Shown here piece by piece: positions 39,274 to 51,049 of a stretch of 64,000 bases of DNA (the first letter of the stretch is position 1; the number at the start of each line of letters is the position of its first letter). The translations under genes and the position numbers were made by a program. The DNA lies in contig MU053379.1 of NCBI GenBank assembly GCA_013239625.1, positions 3,392,866 to 3,456,865 of the forward strand. Reading direction: 5' to 3'. The stretch comes from Lama guanicoe (lineage: Eukaryota). The notes under the pieces are model-generated. The model was not told the DNA's origin. It was given only the letters and a program-made list of their open reading frames with translations, and did no database searches.

Positions 39274-40115
39274 CCTCACTCCTCTGTGGCATCAACAAAT
39301 TATCCTTCACACCTGGCTTTCTCAGCACTCTCACACTTCGGGCAAACCGTGTCTCCAAGACATGCGACAGAAGAAACCAACCGCTTTTCCCCTGAAGTGC
39401 GTTTGGCAGGGGTTTCCTGAAGTGACCCTGGAGGGACCCGGGAGAGGATGCTGTGCCTGAGTCCCGTGCCAGAAGGATGCTTTCCCCCAGCTGCGAGATC
39501 GAGCTTTGAGTAAGTTTCAAAAGGTATTACAGAGAGAATTTCAGGAGTAAAGGGGAATTTAAACTTTACTGGCTGGTTCACCTGCCTTTTGAACACATCT
39601 GTGAATAACTTCTCTTTCAAAGTCCTTTAATCAGTTGTTTTACCCACAGAAAGCTTTTCCCCATACAAACGGTACCCCACGTGATGGCTAAGTAGGTGTC
39701 CAAATGGGTTTATAAAAGCTTACCCATCCCGTCGTATGGCTGAGAGAGCTCATTCTGCACAAAGCAAAAGGGAGGAAAACATATATACTTCATAAGACAC
39801 TTAAACAGAGTACGTCAAAATTCTTTTTAATAATCATTCTACAGTAAGTTAACCACAAATAATTAAGATGTAAAAGCAAACCAAATGAGATAAAATTCAA
39901 TTTTATGTGGAATGTTGGTGTTGAAGGAAAGATTTGTTGTCACAAGACGGGGAGCTAGTGGATAGACCAACGGAGCACGTGGGGCTCTTAGACACGGACA
40001 CGTCTGGGTCTTCATTAGACTGCATTTCATTTCTGAACTTAACGGGCTTCGAGGGGCACCTTGGAGAGATGGCTGATTCCAGCACTGGAGCAGGGGAAGT
40101 TCAAGATGAGCTGGA

Positions 40116-40249
40116 GGGGGGAGGGTGTAGCTCGGTGGCAGAGTGCGTGCCTAGCAAGCACCAGGTCCTGGATTCAATCCCCAGTACCTCCATTAAATAA
40201 GTAAATAAACCTAATTATCTCCTCCCCTCCCCCCAAAAATAAATAAATA
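40116..40249 (+). mobile_element. Camelid tRNA-derived SINE inserted in an old L1
   Basis: tRNA-like head and (AAAT)n tail. Perfect 13-bp TSD AAGATGAGCTGGA (40103-40115 and 40250-40262). Confidence 0.93.
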
Positions 40250-41340
40250 AAGATGAGCTGGAAACATCTTATTGTGCCGGAAAGAAAAGACATACTCTAA
40301 AAGCCATGAAAATACAGCAAAAGGAAGCAGACGCTAACTTGAAGGGGCTCCCACCGACCAAACTGGAGCATCAAGATAAATAAGGACAGGTTAAACTATA
40401 AATAGGGATCCACTGGCCCATGGCAGTTTATGTACACACACAGTGTGCATATATATTTACACACACACATAGTTTCAACATTAGAATGCCAACGGATACT
40501 GCAGAGTTTATACAAATTACATATATATTATTGGTGTATCTGTATATACCTACGTGTGTGTGTACGTATGTGCAGAAGCATACATTATCAGGTGGCATTC
40601 TACTATAAAAGGAGCTTCCCTTTCTCTCCTGTTTATGTCTCCACAGAGCGCCAAGTAATGAATGTAGGAGGAGTGACGCACTTAGAAGCATCTCCGCTGC
40701 GCAGCTGTCATAATACTGAGGCAGGAAGCCAACACGAGCGCATGAGCATTGATTGAGAGCAGGACATTTACACAGTCTCAAACTACTCCTTCTCAAGTTG
40801 CTCCTTAATTACAAAGAGAAATATAGGAACTTTATGGTGGAAAAAGCAGAGATCAATGTTAAGGCCACCAGCACGGGGCACGTGGACCCGAGATGCACGG
40901 AGAAGAAAACAGCTCCCTTTCTGGGCAGTTACCCTCCAAATGCATAATCCAACAGCCGTCATGGGGACACGCCAGCCGGTCTCTCAGAGGGACTTCCTAC
41001 ACGAGGACTGGCCTGTACTTTTAAGAAATGTGAAGCTCAAGAGGACAAGGAAGGAGGAAGAACCGTCCCAGGCTGAAGGAGGCTGAAGACAAGGCAATCC
41101 AGTGCAAGTGTGTGGTCCCCGACTGCGTCCTGGCTGGGAAAGCGGCCGTAAAGGAGGAGGCTGGGCAGACGGCAACACGGGGACAGGGAACAGGGAACGC
41201 TCCCTTAGTAAAAGTATTGTATCAATGGTTTTCTTGATTGTGATCACTGTGTGAGCAAATTTATCTGTTCATAGAAAACGCGCTCAGATACTGGGGAGTA
41301 AAGGAGCATGTTACCTCTAAGTCGTACTCAGATGGCTCAG

Positions 41341-41345
<5 letters not shown>

Positions 41346-41388
<43 letters not shown>
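41346..41388. repeat. (GT)n(GA)n compound microsatellite
   Basis: Read directly. Confidence 0.95.
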
Positions 41389-42159
41389 ACCATAAAACAG
41401 ACGTGGGAAATGATTACAAGTCATGAGTCTGAATAAAGAGGATACGGGATTCTTTGTACTATTCTTGCAACTTTTCTGAGGGTTTGAAATTATTTCAAAA
41501 TAAAACACGTTTTCAAAAGCGTCAGTTTTCTTTTCCCTGATACCCGGCACCACTAACTCTTTTTGGAGGTCACTGTCAGGGAACCTCCTCACGCCCGAGG
41601 GGAACAATGTATAAGGGGCTTTATTCAGACGGCAAAGCAACTTCTTCACCTTCATCCCACGGTGCTATTTGGGCTGCTTCTGTCTTGAAACTTCCTAGTT
41701 CTGAGCATGAAGTCTCTCCTAAGCGCTCAGGATTTCTTTCTCTTGTTCTCATCGAGGGTCTTTGGCCTTGATTAGGACCTAGGCCTCAACAAGTGGAAAG
41801 TGAGTGCTCAGGCCTCACATCCTGTTCTTGCAACCTGCAGACACCCCGGGCTCCCATGCTGACCATTCAGACCCCATCAGTCTCTTCGTTGCTTCTCCAA
41901 CTCTCCATCCATCCTGTCTGGGGGCCTTTACACTGGCTGGTCCCTCCGCCTATATCCCTCACTCCCTTCCTCCCCAGGGTCTTCCCCCTGTAGAATAAGC
42001 AAAACCAATGCAGGACAGTGAGAGAGGAGCCTCTGGTGCGGGGGAGGCACCGACTGCAAAGAGCACAAGAGAACCTCCTGAGGGGATGAAATGCTCTGGT
42101 TTATTCTGGATGGTGAGCATGGAGTGTTTTCTATCATCTCTTGTGCAGAACCAATTGCC

Positions 42160-42540
42160 CCTAAACCCAGTCGCACAAAACTATTGTCATCCCTGAGTTT
42201 CTATGGCAAAGGAATTTGGACAGGGCACAGTGGAGACAATTCATTCTGTGGTGTCTGGGACCTCAGCCAGAAAGCTCAAAAGCTGGGGACTGGAATTATC
42301 CAAAGGCGGGGACCTCAGCTGGGGCTGTCGGCCAGAACACCTCACACGGCCTCTCCCTGGGGCTGCTGGGTTTCCTCACAGCATGGTGATGTGGAGAGAC
42401 AGAGAGGGGGGAAGGGGGTGAAGGGGGAGGGGAGGAAAGGGAGAAGGGGAGAGATCGAGCCAGGTAGAGGCTGTCTGCCTTCTCTAACCCACCTCAGCAG
42501 TCACACCACGTCCCTCTTGCCACACTGCATGCATCGGAGG
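42160..42540 (-). mobile_element. MLT1 LTR remnant
   Basis: ggaatttggacagggc...gggacctcagctggggctgtcggccagaacacctcacacggcctctcc...ctcacagcatgg. Confidence 0.6.
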
Positions 42541-42849
42541 ATGGCATTTTGGATAGAGAGGCTCATCACAAACCCGGCAGAGGAACTCAGCTCCCGCCTC
42601 CAATCCTGTCTCATCCCTCCGCAGGTGTTTCAGGGCGTGGGGTGGGCACCACTCCGGCAACTTCCCGCCGAGACAGGGAGGAGTCCTCCCTTGGGCTGGG
42701 GCACGGACCTGGAGTTGGAAAGATTCCTGAGTTCCAAGTCCTGGTCTTACCTGATTAAGATCTCATTCCCCAAGGAGTTCAGGAGCGGAAGCCTGGAAAC
42801 CAGGCCCTCTGGGGGGACATGCAGCCAGCTGTCTACTTTTATCTGAGTA

Positions 42850-45800
42850 GGTTCTGACTTTAGATGTGGTATTAACATATATATAAAACCAGAGCTATGG
42901 GCCACTACATGTCTCTCTTTCTGCTGATACCTGGTCTAAAGCAATTTTATTGTCTAAAAATGCAATAGTTACAAAAGGAGAGAACTTGAGGTCATAAGGT
43001 TGCAGCTGCCAGTAGACACTGCTCTAAGGATGGCTGGTGGTGTCCGGAGCATGATGCAGCTCAGAAAATTAGAGTTCTCAACAGTACAGGAATGTGTCTA
43101 AAATCAGGTCCACAGTGACCACCTAGTTTTACCCTGGATGTATGAACCACAGCTACTCCGTTTTGACTTTCAAATGCATTCCCCTCCTCCAGGCCAAAAC
43201 AGATGTACAATGTCTGTCCAAAAGGCCATAAAACAGGCCGCTTTGGTCAGTAAAGTTTACATCAAACAATGCACAAGGCAGAATGACTTCCCCATACCTC
43301 AATGTGTGCAGATTTTCCCATCATCTCTCCTTTTGATTACAAATCTTTCGGTAGGAAAAGCCCACATTCAACCACGTTCAGTTCACCAAATGCCATGTAA
43401 TCAACCCCCCTTAGCAACGGTTCCATGAAATCAGTCTCCAGTAGACCCTTAAATATCTTAGCCATCTCAGTGGTACCACCTAAAGGAAGCTGCACTTGTC
43501 AAATGCCCTCTTTACAAATCCTCTTCAAGATGAAGCAGCCCTGCAAAGCATCAGCTCAACCGTCTATAAATGACAGAAGACCCAAGAAGGCAAGGCAAAT
43601 GGTCTGACCACCAAGTCCTTGACAAGGAGGTTTAATCAAGTTGCTGTGACACCCAACATTCTAAGGGAACAACCAGAATTATGACTGCCAGCATTAAACC
43701 AGGACACGTCCAAATTTCAGAAACTATGTGCATTTCCAGAATGTCTGTATTAATGACATTCACCCACACCACGTAGCCTGAGGAGGTTTATCACTCAGTT
43801 GACTATGCTTCCTGTGCAATTCAGCATGTCAAGCCGTCCTAGTTTAGTGCTTTTCTCTGAGATGCCTCAAGGGCCCTCGGAAGCATCCCAAAGTTAGCTG
43901 AAGTCAAAAGAACATTAATTAGAATTTCATGGGACGTTTATCAAAAATCTCAAAAAGTTTCACACGGTCTGCTATCAGAAGCAATCCAAGTAAACTTGTT
44001 CTCTTAACAGAGAGGAACCAGATCCAGTCCTGCACCAGCCTCCTTTTAATAACAAAATCCTTTCACCCAATTAAATTCAACCTCATCTCAGCCCAACCAC
44101 GTGCAGAACTCCTTTCTCAGGGCTCCCTCTCTACAAACTTTCCACAACTTCCTGTAGCCACATTAGTTTGTCCCTTATTTTTTCCCATCTAGAAATAACC
44201 AGTTCTAGGACTAAATGCTTTCTTTTAAAAAAATGCAATTCCATTCCTCATACTATTTTTTTTTAACTCAAAGCATATCATCTTACATTCCTGTTGTATA
44301 TTGAAATGGTTCCTTTATTATTTTTAGCAGCTTTAGTTACATATTTAAATTAGAACCCCCAACTGTTAAAAATCTCAGTTTCCAGTGATTCAGTATCTTA
44401 TTTTGTTTGGGAATGACCTAGCTTTCAACTATTCAATAAACTTTCATCGTTTAATTTAATTTAGCACAACCCTAACATTTCAAGTTACCAAATATCTGGA
44501 GAGATCATTTCTAAGTAGACATTCCTAAAGCAATTACTTCTAAAGAGCTCACCCAGAAGCTCACTTGCATTTAATTCACTTATAAGAATTTCAACGTACC
44601 GAGTTAATTTTTTTCTTTCTGCTAACAAACTCTGCAACAGAAACATGAACTTACTGACCCTCAGTAAATCTAGGTACAGTAAGAGACAACTTTACATTGA
44701 TTATACCAATAAGCTTAAGCTAGCTTTAATATCAGATCCGTATTGCATATTTCCTAGATCATGGGAAGCTGAAATCTCTTCTGTCTAGCTTTTTTCACAC
44801 TTAAAAGTAAGTGCTTACAAATTAAAATACTTCCAAGTCAACTAAATAGAGCTCATTTACAAGTTAGTTTTTCACATAAAGACAGACAGAACCAAGGATC
44901 TGTTTTTCCACTTGAATTAAAAAAAAAACAAAACAAAAACTTTTTTTTTTTTTTTGAGCCCAGGTAGATCATTTACGTCTCAAAGACTCAGGAGGAGAAA
45001 AGCAAATTCCTCCTCTAACTGTTTTCACAAAACCCAACCATCGTGGCTGTATTCAGGGATTTTTTTTTTTCCTGGTTCCCAAATATCCAGTAGACATGCC
45101 ATTTATTCACTCACATTCACACTTTCAGTAAAACCAGGTAGAACAGGATTTGGACTCGGGTACTGAGACACACACACACACCCTTAAGACAAAAGACAAA
45201 TTGCAAACGGCCCGCTTTGATATAATAGCAGGGCCGTCAGGCACCACTGTTCTCCGGATCTCAGAGAGAACTGAGCCCACAGTGTTACAATAAAAAGTAT
45301 CATTTTCTTTTATTTATGGGAGCATAGCTTAAGATCTCCCGGTTTTGCAAAATATTCCTAAGGCGACTATATCCTGGAACAGAGCTCCAAGCAGCCACAC
45401 TGAATTATTCACAGCTGATGTTATCAAATATCAAACAATCAAGAAAACAATCCAAAACAGTCTCTCAGGGTCACAGTTTCCTTGGCCCCAAAAGGGAGAT
45501 TCCCAACCAGCACCCATCAATCCAAAAGGGGAGAATCTCAACCAACTCTCCACCCCAGGTGATGCCAACGCCATAGGGAGGGATACCCTGGACTTGTCCC
45601 ATGCGAGCCCTGCTACTCAGCAAAGACATCTCAACCGGCCGATGCAAGTACTGATACACACATGTACAAACAAACACAGTCTCACAAACAAAGGATCAGA
45701 TGAGGTGTAGCCCCAAAACTCCACTTCCACTCCCAGACAGAGGCTTCCAGAGTGGCCTGGCCCCCCTCTAAAAGAGAACAGACCCAGAGTGGCTCCCAGT

Positions 45801-46330
45801 GAGCCCAGAGTGGTTCACTTCCTAGGAGGAAATGAGCCCAGGTGGAGCGGGTAGAATTTTCCCATCCTGCACAAGCAGGAGTCGCTTGCTCTAAAACGAT
45901 ACCACAAAAACACAAACAACACATAAGCTATGGTCGCACAGACAATCAGAGGTGTCCATCTAAAAATCCCACTTCCACTCCCAGGCGGGGGTCTCCGATC
46001 AGATCCTCTCATCCCTCAAAAGAGAACAGACCCAAAGTGGCTCACAACGAGCCCAGGTGGCTCACTTCCCACAAGGGGATGAGCCCAGATCGGGTGGAGA
46101 GAATTCTGTGTAAGCTGGAGCCACTCACCTCCAGCGACACTGAATGCAGATCCAGCCTTGGACGTTTCTCAGCTCCAGACAGACTCATGCTGGGTCGGCC
46201 GGCACCCGTCAAGGACGGTCCCTCTCAGTTCCCTGGAGCGAAATGAGCTCTGGCAGCTGCTAGGGAAGGGGCTACCCCTGGCTGGGGTGGACCTGCCACG
46301 AGCACAAACTCCTAGGCTGGCTTCATCAAA
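42850..46330 (-). mobile_element. ERV internal region remnant (decayed, class I-like)
   Basis: Directly follows the PBS. Contains a leader-type internal duplication (gacccagagtggctc...gagccca at ~45781 and ~46030) and no intact ORF. Left boundary uncertain. Confidence 0.55.
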
Positions 46331-46332
46331 AC

Positions 46333-46781
46333 TGTTACTGAAGGCAAGTCTGTGTGCTGATGCACAGTGAGGCAGAACAAACTGGAATGTTGGGCTTTGG
46401 AGTAGAAAAAGGTTTACTGCAGAGTCATGCAAGGAGCATGGGTAGCTTGTGCCCAAAAAACCTGAGCTCCCTAAAGCTTTTCAGCTGAGACTTTTTAAAG
46501 ACCAGCTGAGGGAAGGGCATCCCAAGCTATGTGGTCAGCTGTGCACAGTTCTCTGATTGATCACCATCAAGTGGTCCTTAGGTGCCAGAAAGTCTGGGGT
46601 CTACATGCCTGTGATCATCGAATAGTTGATTTCTTCCATTTGGTGGTGGATTTTAGCATCTGAAAACTCAGGAAATCTGCATGAGATACTATTATCTGGG
46701 TCCTTCTGAAAGGAGCTACAGCAGAAGATATGAGGGAGGAGTCTGTCTCAGGAAGGCCCCACAGAGTCTTGCTTGTTTACA
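46333..46781 (-). mobile_element. ERV LTR (5' LTR of a minus-strand provirus remnant)
   Basis: TGTTA...TTACA termini, with an adjacent degenerate PBS at 46309-46328. Confidence 0.75.
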
Positions 46782-47329
46782 GTATCTCCCGTCTTTGCTC
46801 AAAGCAGATATTCACTAAATGTTTGTAGACTAAACCTGTGAAGAGAGAGCCCTCTGTACTCCCCTCCCTTCAAAGCGGGGATTTCAGAAATCCTAGAAAC
46901 ATGTTTGGAATGCTTAGAGACAAATACAATTTCAGACTAATGTTGTCTGTGAAATTTGTCTTAAGAATGTTGTGAGTCACGCATCTGAGTTGGTGCCTAA
47001 CCCTGACCATTTGGGTGGTAGGTGTGTGGTCACAGGGACAATGAGGCAAAAAGAGGAGCTGGACTAGTGCAAATCCATGTGCAGACCTGGAAGTACTGTC
47101 ATTTACGTTTGGCTCAACTGTGGACAAGCAAGTAATTCAACGGTGCATGAATGAGTGAAGTAAGTGTATACCAGGATGGTAAAAAAGCAAAGTAAAGGCA
47201 GATGGTAGAGGATGAAAGACACTAGTCCAGAGTATGGATTCCTCTCCATAGAAATCAGAGAGCCTCCCAGGGTTTTTGACAATGACAAGAATGCTCACGG
47301 AGGCCATTTCTATGATCATCAAACATATG

Positions 47330-47950
47330 TTTAGGTAAAATGGTACAACTACTTGGAAGACAGTTTGGAAGTTTCTTACAACATTACAACAAGTTTCTTA
47401 CAGCACCTACCAGCAACCCAAATTCCCAGTATTTGCTCCAAAGAAATGAAAGTATTTACGCACACACACACACAACTTGTAAATGGATGTTCATAGAAGC
47501 TTCATTTCAAAAAACTGGAAACAACCCAAATATCCATCAACATGTGAATGAATCAACAAATTGTGGTGCCTCTATACAGTCATAAAAAGACTGATTCACA
47601 CAAGGTGGAAGAATTTCAAAAACATAATACTGAGTAAAAGGAGTCAAACAACAGACTATAAATGATAGCTTTCATTTATAGGAAACTCTAGGAAAAAGAC
47701 GAATCTAACAAAATGCAAGTCAACAGTTGCTGCTCGAGGCTGGGGGTGAGGAGGGAGTTGTTACTGCACGCACAGGAGCACAGGGAATTGTGGGGGGAGG
47801 GGAGGGCAATGCACTTGTTCTGTATGTTGGTTGTAGTGGTGGTTTCCAAAGTGCGTATCTTTGTCAACATTCATTGAACTATACACTTAAAATGTATACA
47901 TTTAAATATATATAAATTATATCTCAGTAGAGTCCCTTAAAAAAAAAAAC
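47330..47950 (+). mobile_element. Old L1 3' end
   Basis: MVQLLGRQFGSFL..., then an L1M 3' UTR and A-tail. Confidence 0.7.
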
Positions 47951-48059
47951 TGGGCACAGCACTGCACAAGGCAAAAGGAGGAGACAGGAGAGACTTTCCT
48001 ACGGTGCTGGTCCTCTAGTATGAAGAGGAGCTGCAGCCCGGGACATAAAGGCCCCGCAC

Positions 48060-48080
48060 TTCAGCACCATGGACAGCAGT
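48060..48080 (+). promoter_or_regulatory. RE1/NRSE (REST binding site)
   Basis: TTCAGCACCATGGACAGCAGT matches both half-sites and the 2-nt spacer of the canonical TTCAGCACCxxGGACAGC motif. Confidence 0.85.
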
Positions 48081-48122
48081 GTGGCTTCCGCGGCCAGAAA
48101 GCGCAGGACTGAAAGGAGACGA

Positions 48123-48156
48123 GCGTGCGCATGCGTGCGGGGCTTGGGGGCGGGCT
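48123..48156. promoter_or_regulatory. NRF1-like motif (GCGTGCGCATGCGTGCG) plus GC box
   Basis: TGCGCATGCG core followed by GGGGGCGGGC, within a small CpG-rich patch. Confidence 0.65.
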
Positions 48157-48369
48157 CTAGTGAAGCTCGCTCTATCCTGCTCGCTCCTCAAAACAGGTTC
48201 CCAGTCCCGCTTGCCCTGTAAATTCTTGCTCGACTCCCTACTCCCACTAACCTTTTCTTCTTTTTCTCCTCTGAACTCTTTAACAGTAAGCTGTGTTTGT
48301 TTAATTTGATGGAAAATAACTGTGGCCTCCCCTTTTTTTCTTGAATTGCTATTCTAATTGCTTATTGCT

Positions 48370-48550
48370 TAGATAAAAACAAGGTCCTACTGTATAGCAC
48401 AGGGAACTATATTCAGTAACTTGTAATAGCCTATAATGAAAAAGAATATGAAAGGAATATATATATATGTAAAACTGAATCACTATGCTGTGCTCTAGAA
48501 ACGAATCCAATATTGTAAATCAACTATACTTCAATTAAAAAAAAAAAAAC
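48370..48550 (+). mobile_element. Short artiodactyl-type L1 3' end with poly(A)
   Basis: aacaaggtcctactgtatagcacagggaactatattcag...caactatacttcaattaaaaaaaa; related to 23446-23607. Confidence 0.85.
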
Positions 48551-50240
48551 CAAATGGCTTATTGCTACTTAGCTGTGAACGTGGTTATGCCTTATATCAT
48601 CCTCTGCAATGTCCTGACGAGAGAATCACACTCCGGATCTCCCTCAGTTCCTTGGCTGGAGCAGACAGGCAGTGTTTGTGGGTGTTTCTGATTCGTGTTG
48701 ATTTTCTGTTCCAAAAACTGGACTCTGTTAACAACTTGACGTCAGGAAGAAACATCTACAATTCTGTTACGATCGTACTTAGGGATTAAGTAGAGAGATC
48801 TTGGGGTTCGTGTGCCCCTCAGTAATTCATCTCCACTTCTATTGTAATTGACAGACCACAATTTCTACCACAAAGCCAATACCTTCTTCAGGCAAGGTCC
48901 TCTCTGAGGCAAACTGAAATCGAGTTGATATATTTCGCTGATGATTTCTTATCTCCATGATTTTTATTTTAGTCAGGAATGTCAGCCGGGGCAGTCACAT
49001 TTGTATTCCAAGCCTGCCAACTCTGAACAGAAAGCAGGTGTCCACTAAAGACACACCTTAACAAGGGGGATTAGACGTTCTAGTGAAAGGCAGATCAGTG
49101 TCCCTCGTGTCACTATAAATAAACGTCTGGGCCTGCTATCAGCTTGCAGGGTTAAGGTCGCACCTTCAACACTTCTGAGTGCTTCACATTTTATTGCCCT
49201 TTAAACGAGGCCTTTTCCATCTATTTATATGCCTGGAGGGAATTACTACCGTTCATCTCCTTGAACATGTGACTTCCGTAAACTTCAGGAGACAGAATGT
49301 CTTTTTCTTTAGGAGACAATATAACCTGGGGCCATAAACAGAAATCTGCCAGAATTTCCTCAAATACCACATTATGGAATGAAATACACTGAGACCCTTT
49401 CATGGCGCTGGATCTAGGACCTCTTGTACCTGCTTTACAAGCAAATCATGTGTTAGCAGACTTTAACTGTTTGGGGTTATGTTTCAGAACATGAGATTTG
49501 TCCTCAAAACCTATGTAACAACAAGTATGGATTTCAATTTGTGGTTCTGGTCAAATCCTGTTCTTTGAAACTGAAACACATACAGCCAACGCTTGCTAAA
49601 ACACCAGTCATAGCTTATTCACACTTACACGTATACAGCATCCTCTCCCATAGTAGCTGAGGGTTACAAGGCCCATGGGATGCCTCGCCAAAAAACGATG
49701 CTTCCTGGTTAGAGAAACAGAGACGGGGGTGCAAATAGGCTCTAAGACAGCCACAGAAAGGTAGTGTGCTCAACTCAGTCTAACCCAGAGTTCCCAAGCC
49801 ATCTGACTACGGACACACACCCTGTTTTCCCACACTTTGGGTACGCTGTTTGTTGTTTTACGTCGTTGGTTAACTTAAGGTGTGAGCAGTGACTGAGGAA
49901 GTTTAGAGCTAAATGTACATATTGAGGCCTTAAAAAAAACCAGACACATCTTTCAGTCAGCCACATTCCTGCATTACCTTTCTGTACTCACATTTCTGAG
50001 CTGCATTCTGAAGTTCAGTGAGGACAGGACTGCAGATGAACAAACATGTTTGGTATGTTTGCTCACCAAGGTCATGTCCATTTGTACCTGGTGATAATGA
50101 CTTCACGTGGCTTTAGGTTGCCAGGAGCATTTGAGACAAGATCAGAATATATCAAAATCATGGAAATCTGAACAAGGAGCTTTGGGTGGGCTCTAAGAGC
50201 AGAAACTTGCAGACTCCATTTCCATTTTCATGTTCTAAGA

Positions 50241-50767
50241 CAGAGGTTCTCAAAGTTTTGGGGCTCAGAACTCCTTTATACACTTAAAAATCATTGAGCA
50301 TCCCAAAGAGCTTTTGTTCAAGTTAATTACAACTGTCAATACTTGCCATGTTAGAAATCAAATCCGAGAAAAATTTAAAATACTTAAAATACTAAAATAA
50401 ATTATTATTAATTCACTTAGAAATGACAAAAAGCCCATAACATGTTAGCATATTTTTATGAAAATAAATTTTTTCTCAAACTCCCCCCAAATTAGTGAGA
50501 AAACTGGCTTTGTTTTACACTTTTTGAAATTCTTCAGCGTCTGGCTTAATAGAAGGCAACTGGGTTGCCACATCTGCTTCTGAGGTCCAGTCTGCTGAGA
50601 CGTTACATCACACGGCCTCTGAAAAATTCCACTGTACACTTGGAGAATGAGAGTGAAAAGGAAAACCACACTGTAATATTATTAGCAAAATAGTTTTAAC
50701 CTCGTGGACCCCCTGATCGGGCCTCTGTGATCTGAGGGGTCCCTGGACCACATTTTGAGAACTGCTG
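50241..50767. mobile_element. hAT-Charlie non-autonomous DNA transposon (MER119/Charlie1-like)
   Basis: TIRs CAGAGGTTCTCAAA / TTTGAGAACTGCTG and an 8-bp TSD TTCTAAGA / CTCTAAGA. Confidence 0.88.
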
Positions 50768-51049
50768 CTCTAAGAATTCAATTCAGTAAATATTGACCAT
50801 CTACGGAATGCCCACAAGACACGTCCCCGCCTCTAGGGAACTTACAGTGTCTCCTTCCACACACATCGCCTTATTTCCATCCAGTCTCACCGAGATTTCA
50901 AGACTCGCTGTCATCCTACCTCCTCCCTGTCATGTGTGATGGTCCCATTAGGTGGCTAGATCTCTGTCTTTTTAAAATGTCTGTAGCAATTATCGTCTGT
51001 GCAATTCACTTGGTATTTCAAATCATATGCTGTGGTAGCTTAAATACTA

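Larger units (their letters stand above)
24700..39754 (-). pseudogene. Possible decayed multi-C2H2 zinc-finger gene exon, fragmented by transposon insertions
   Basis: Minus-strand finger/linker-like relics in the non-repeat blocks, and a strong minus-strand acceptor at 39755-39780. See findings. Confidence 0.4.
39900..41505 (+). mobile_element. L1MC-type 3' region
   Basis: atggctgattccagcactggagcagggg...tttgtactattcttgcaacttttctgagggtttgaaattatttcaaaataaaa. Confidence 0.65.

Noticed and set aside
49775..49966. AYPKCGK peptide as another zinc-finger relic
   Set aside because: A single weak motif, separated from the main block by ~10 kb of repeats; not supportable.
50036..50080. p53-family half-sites (AAACATGTTT, GGTCATGTCC)
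   Set aside because: Only one perfect half-site with non-canonical spacing; such 10-mers occur by chance.
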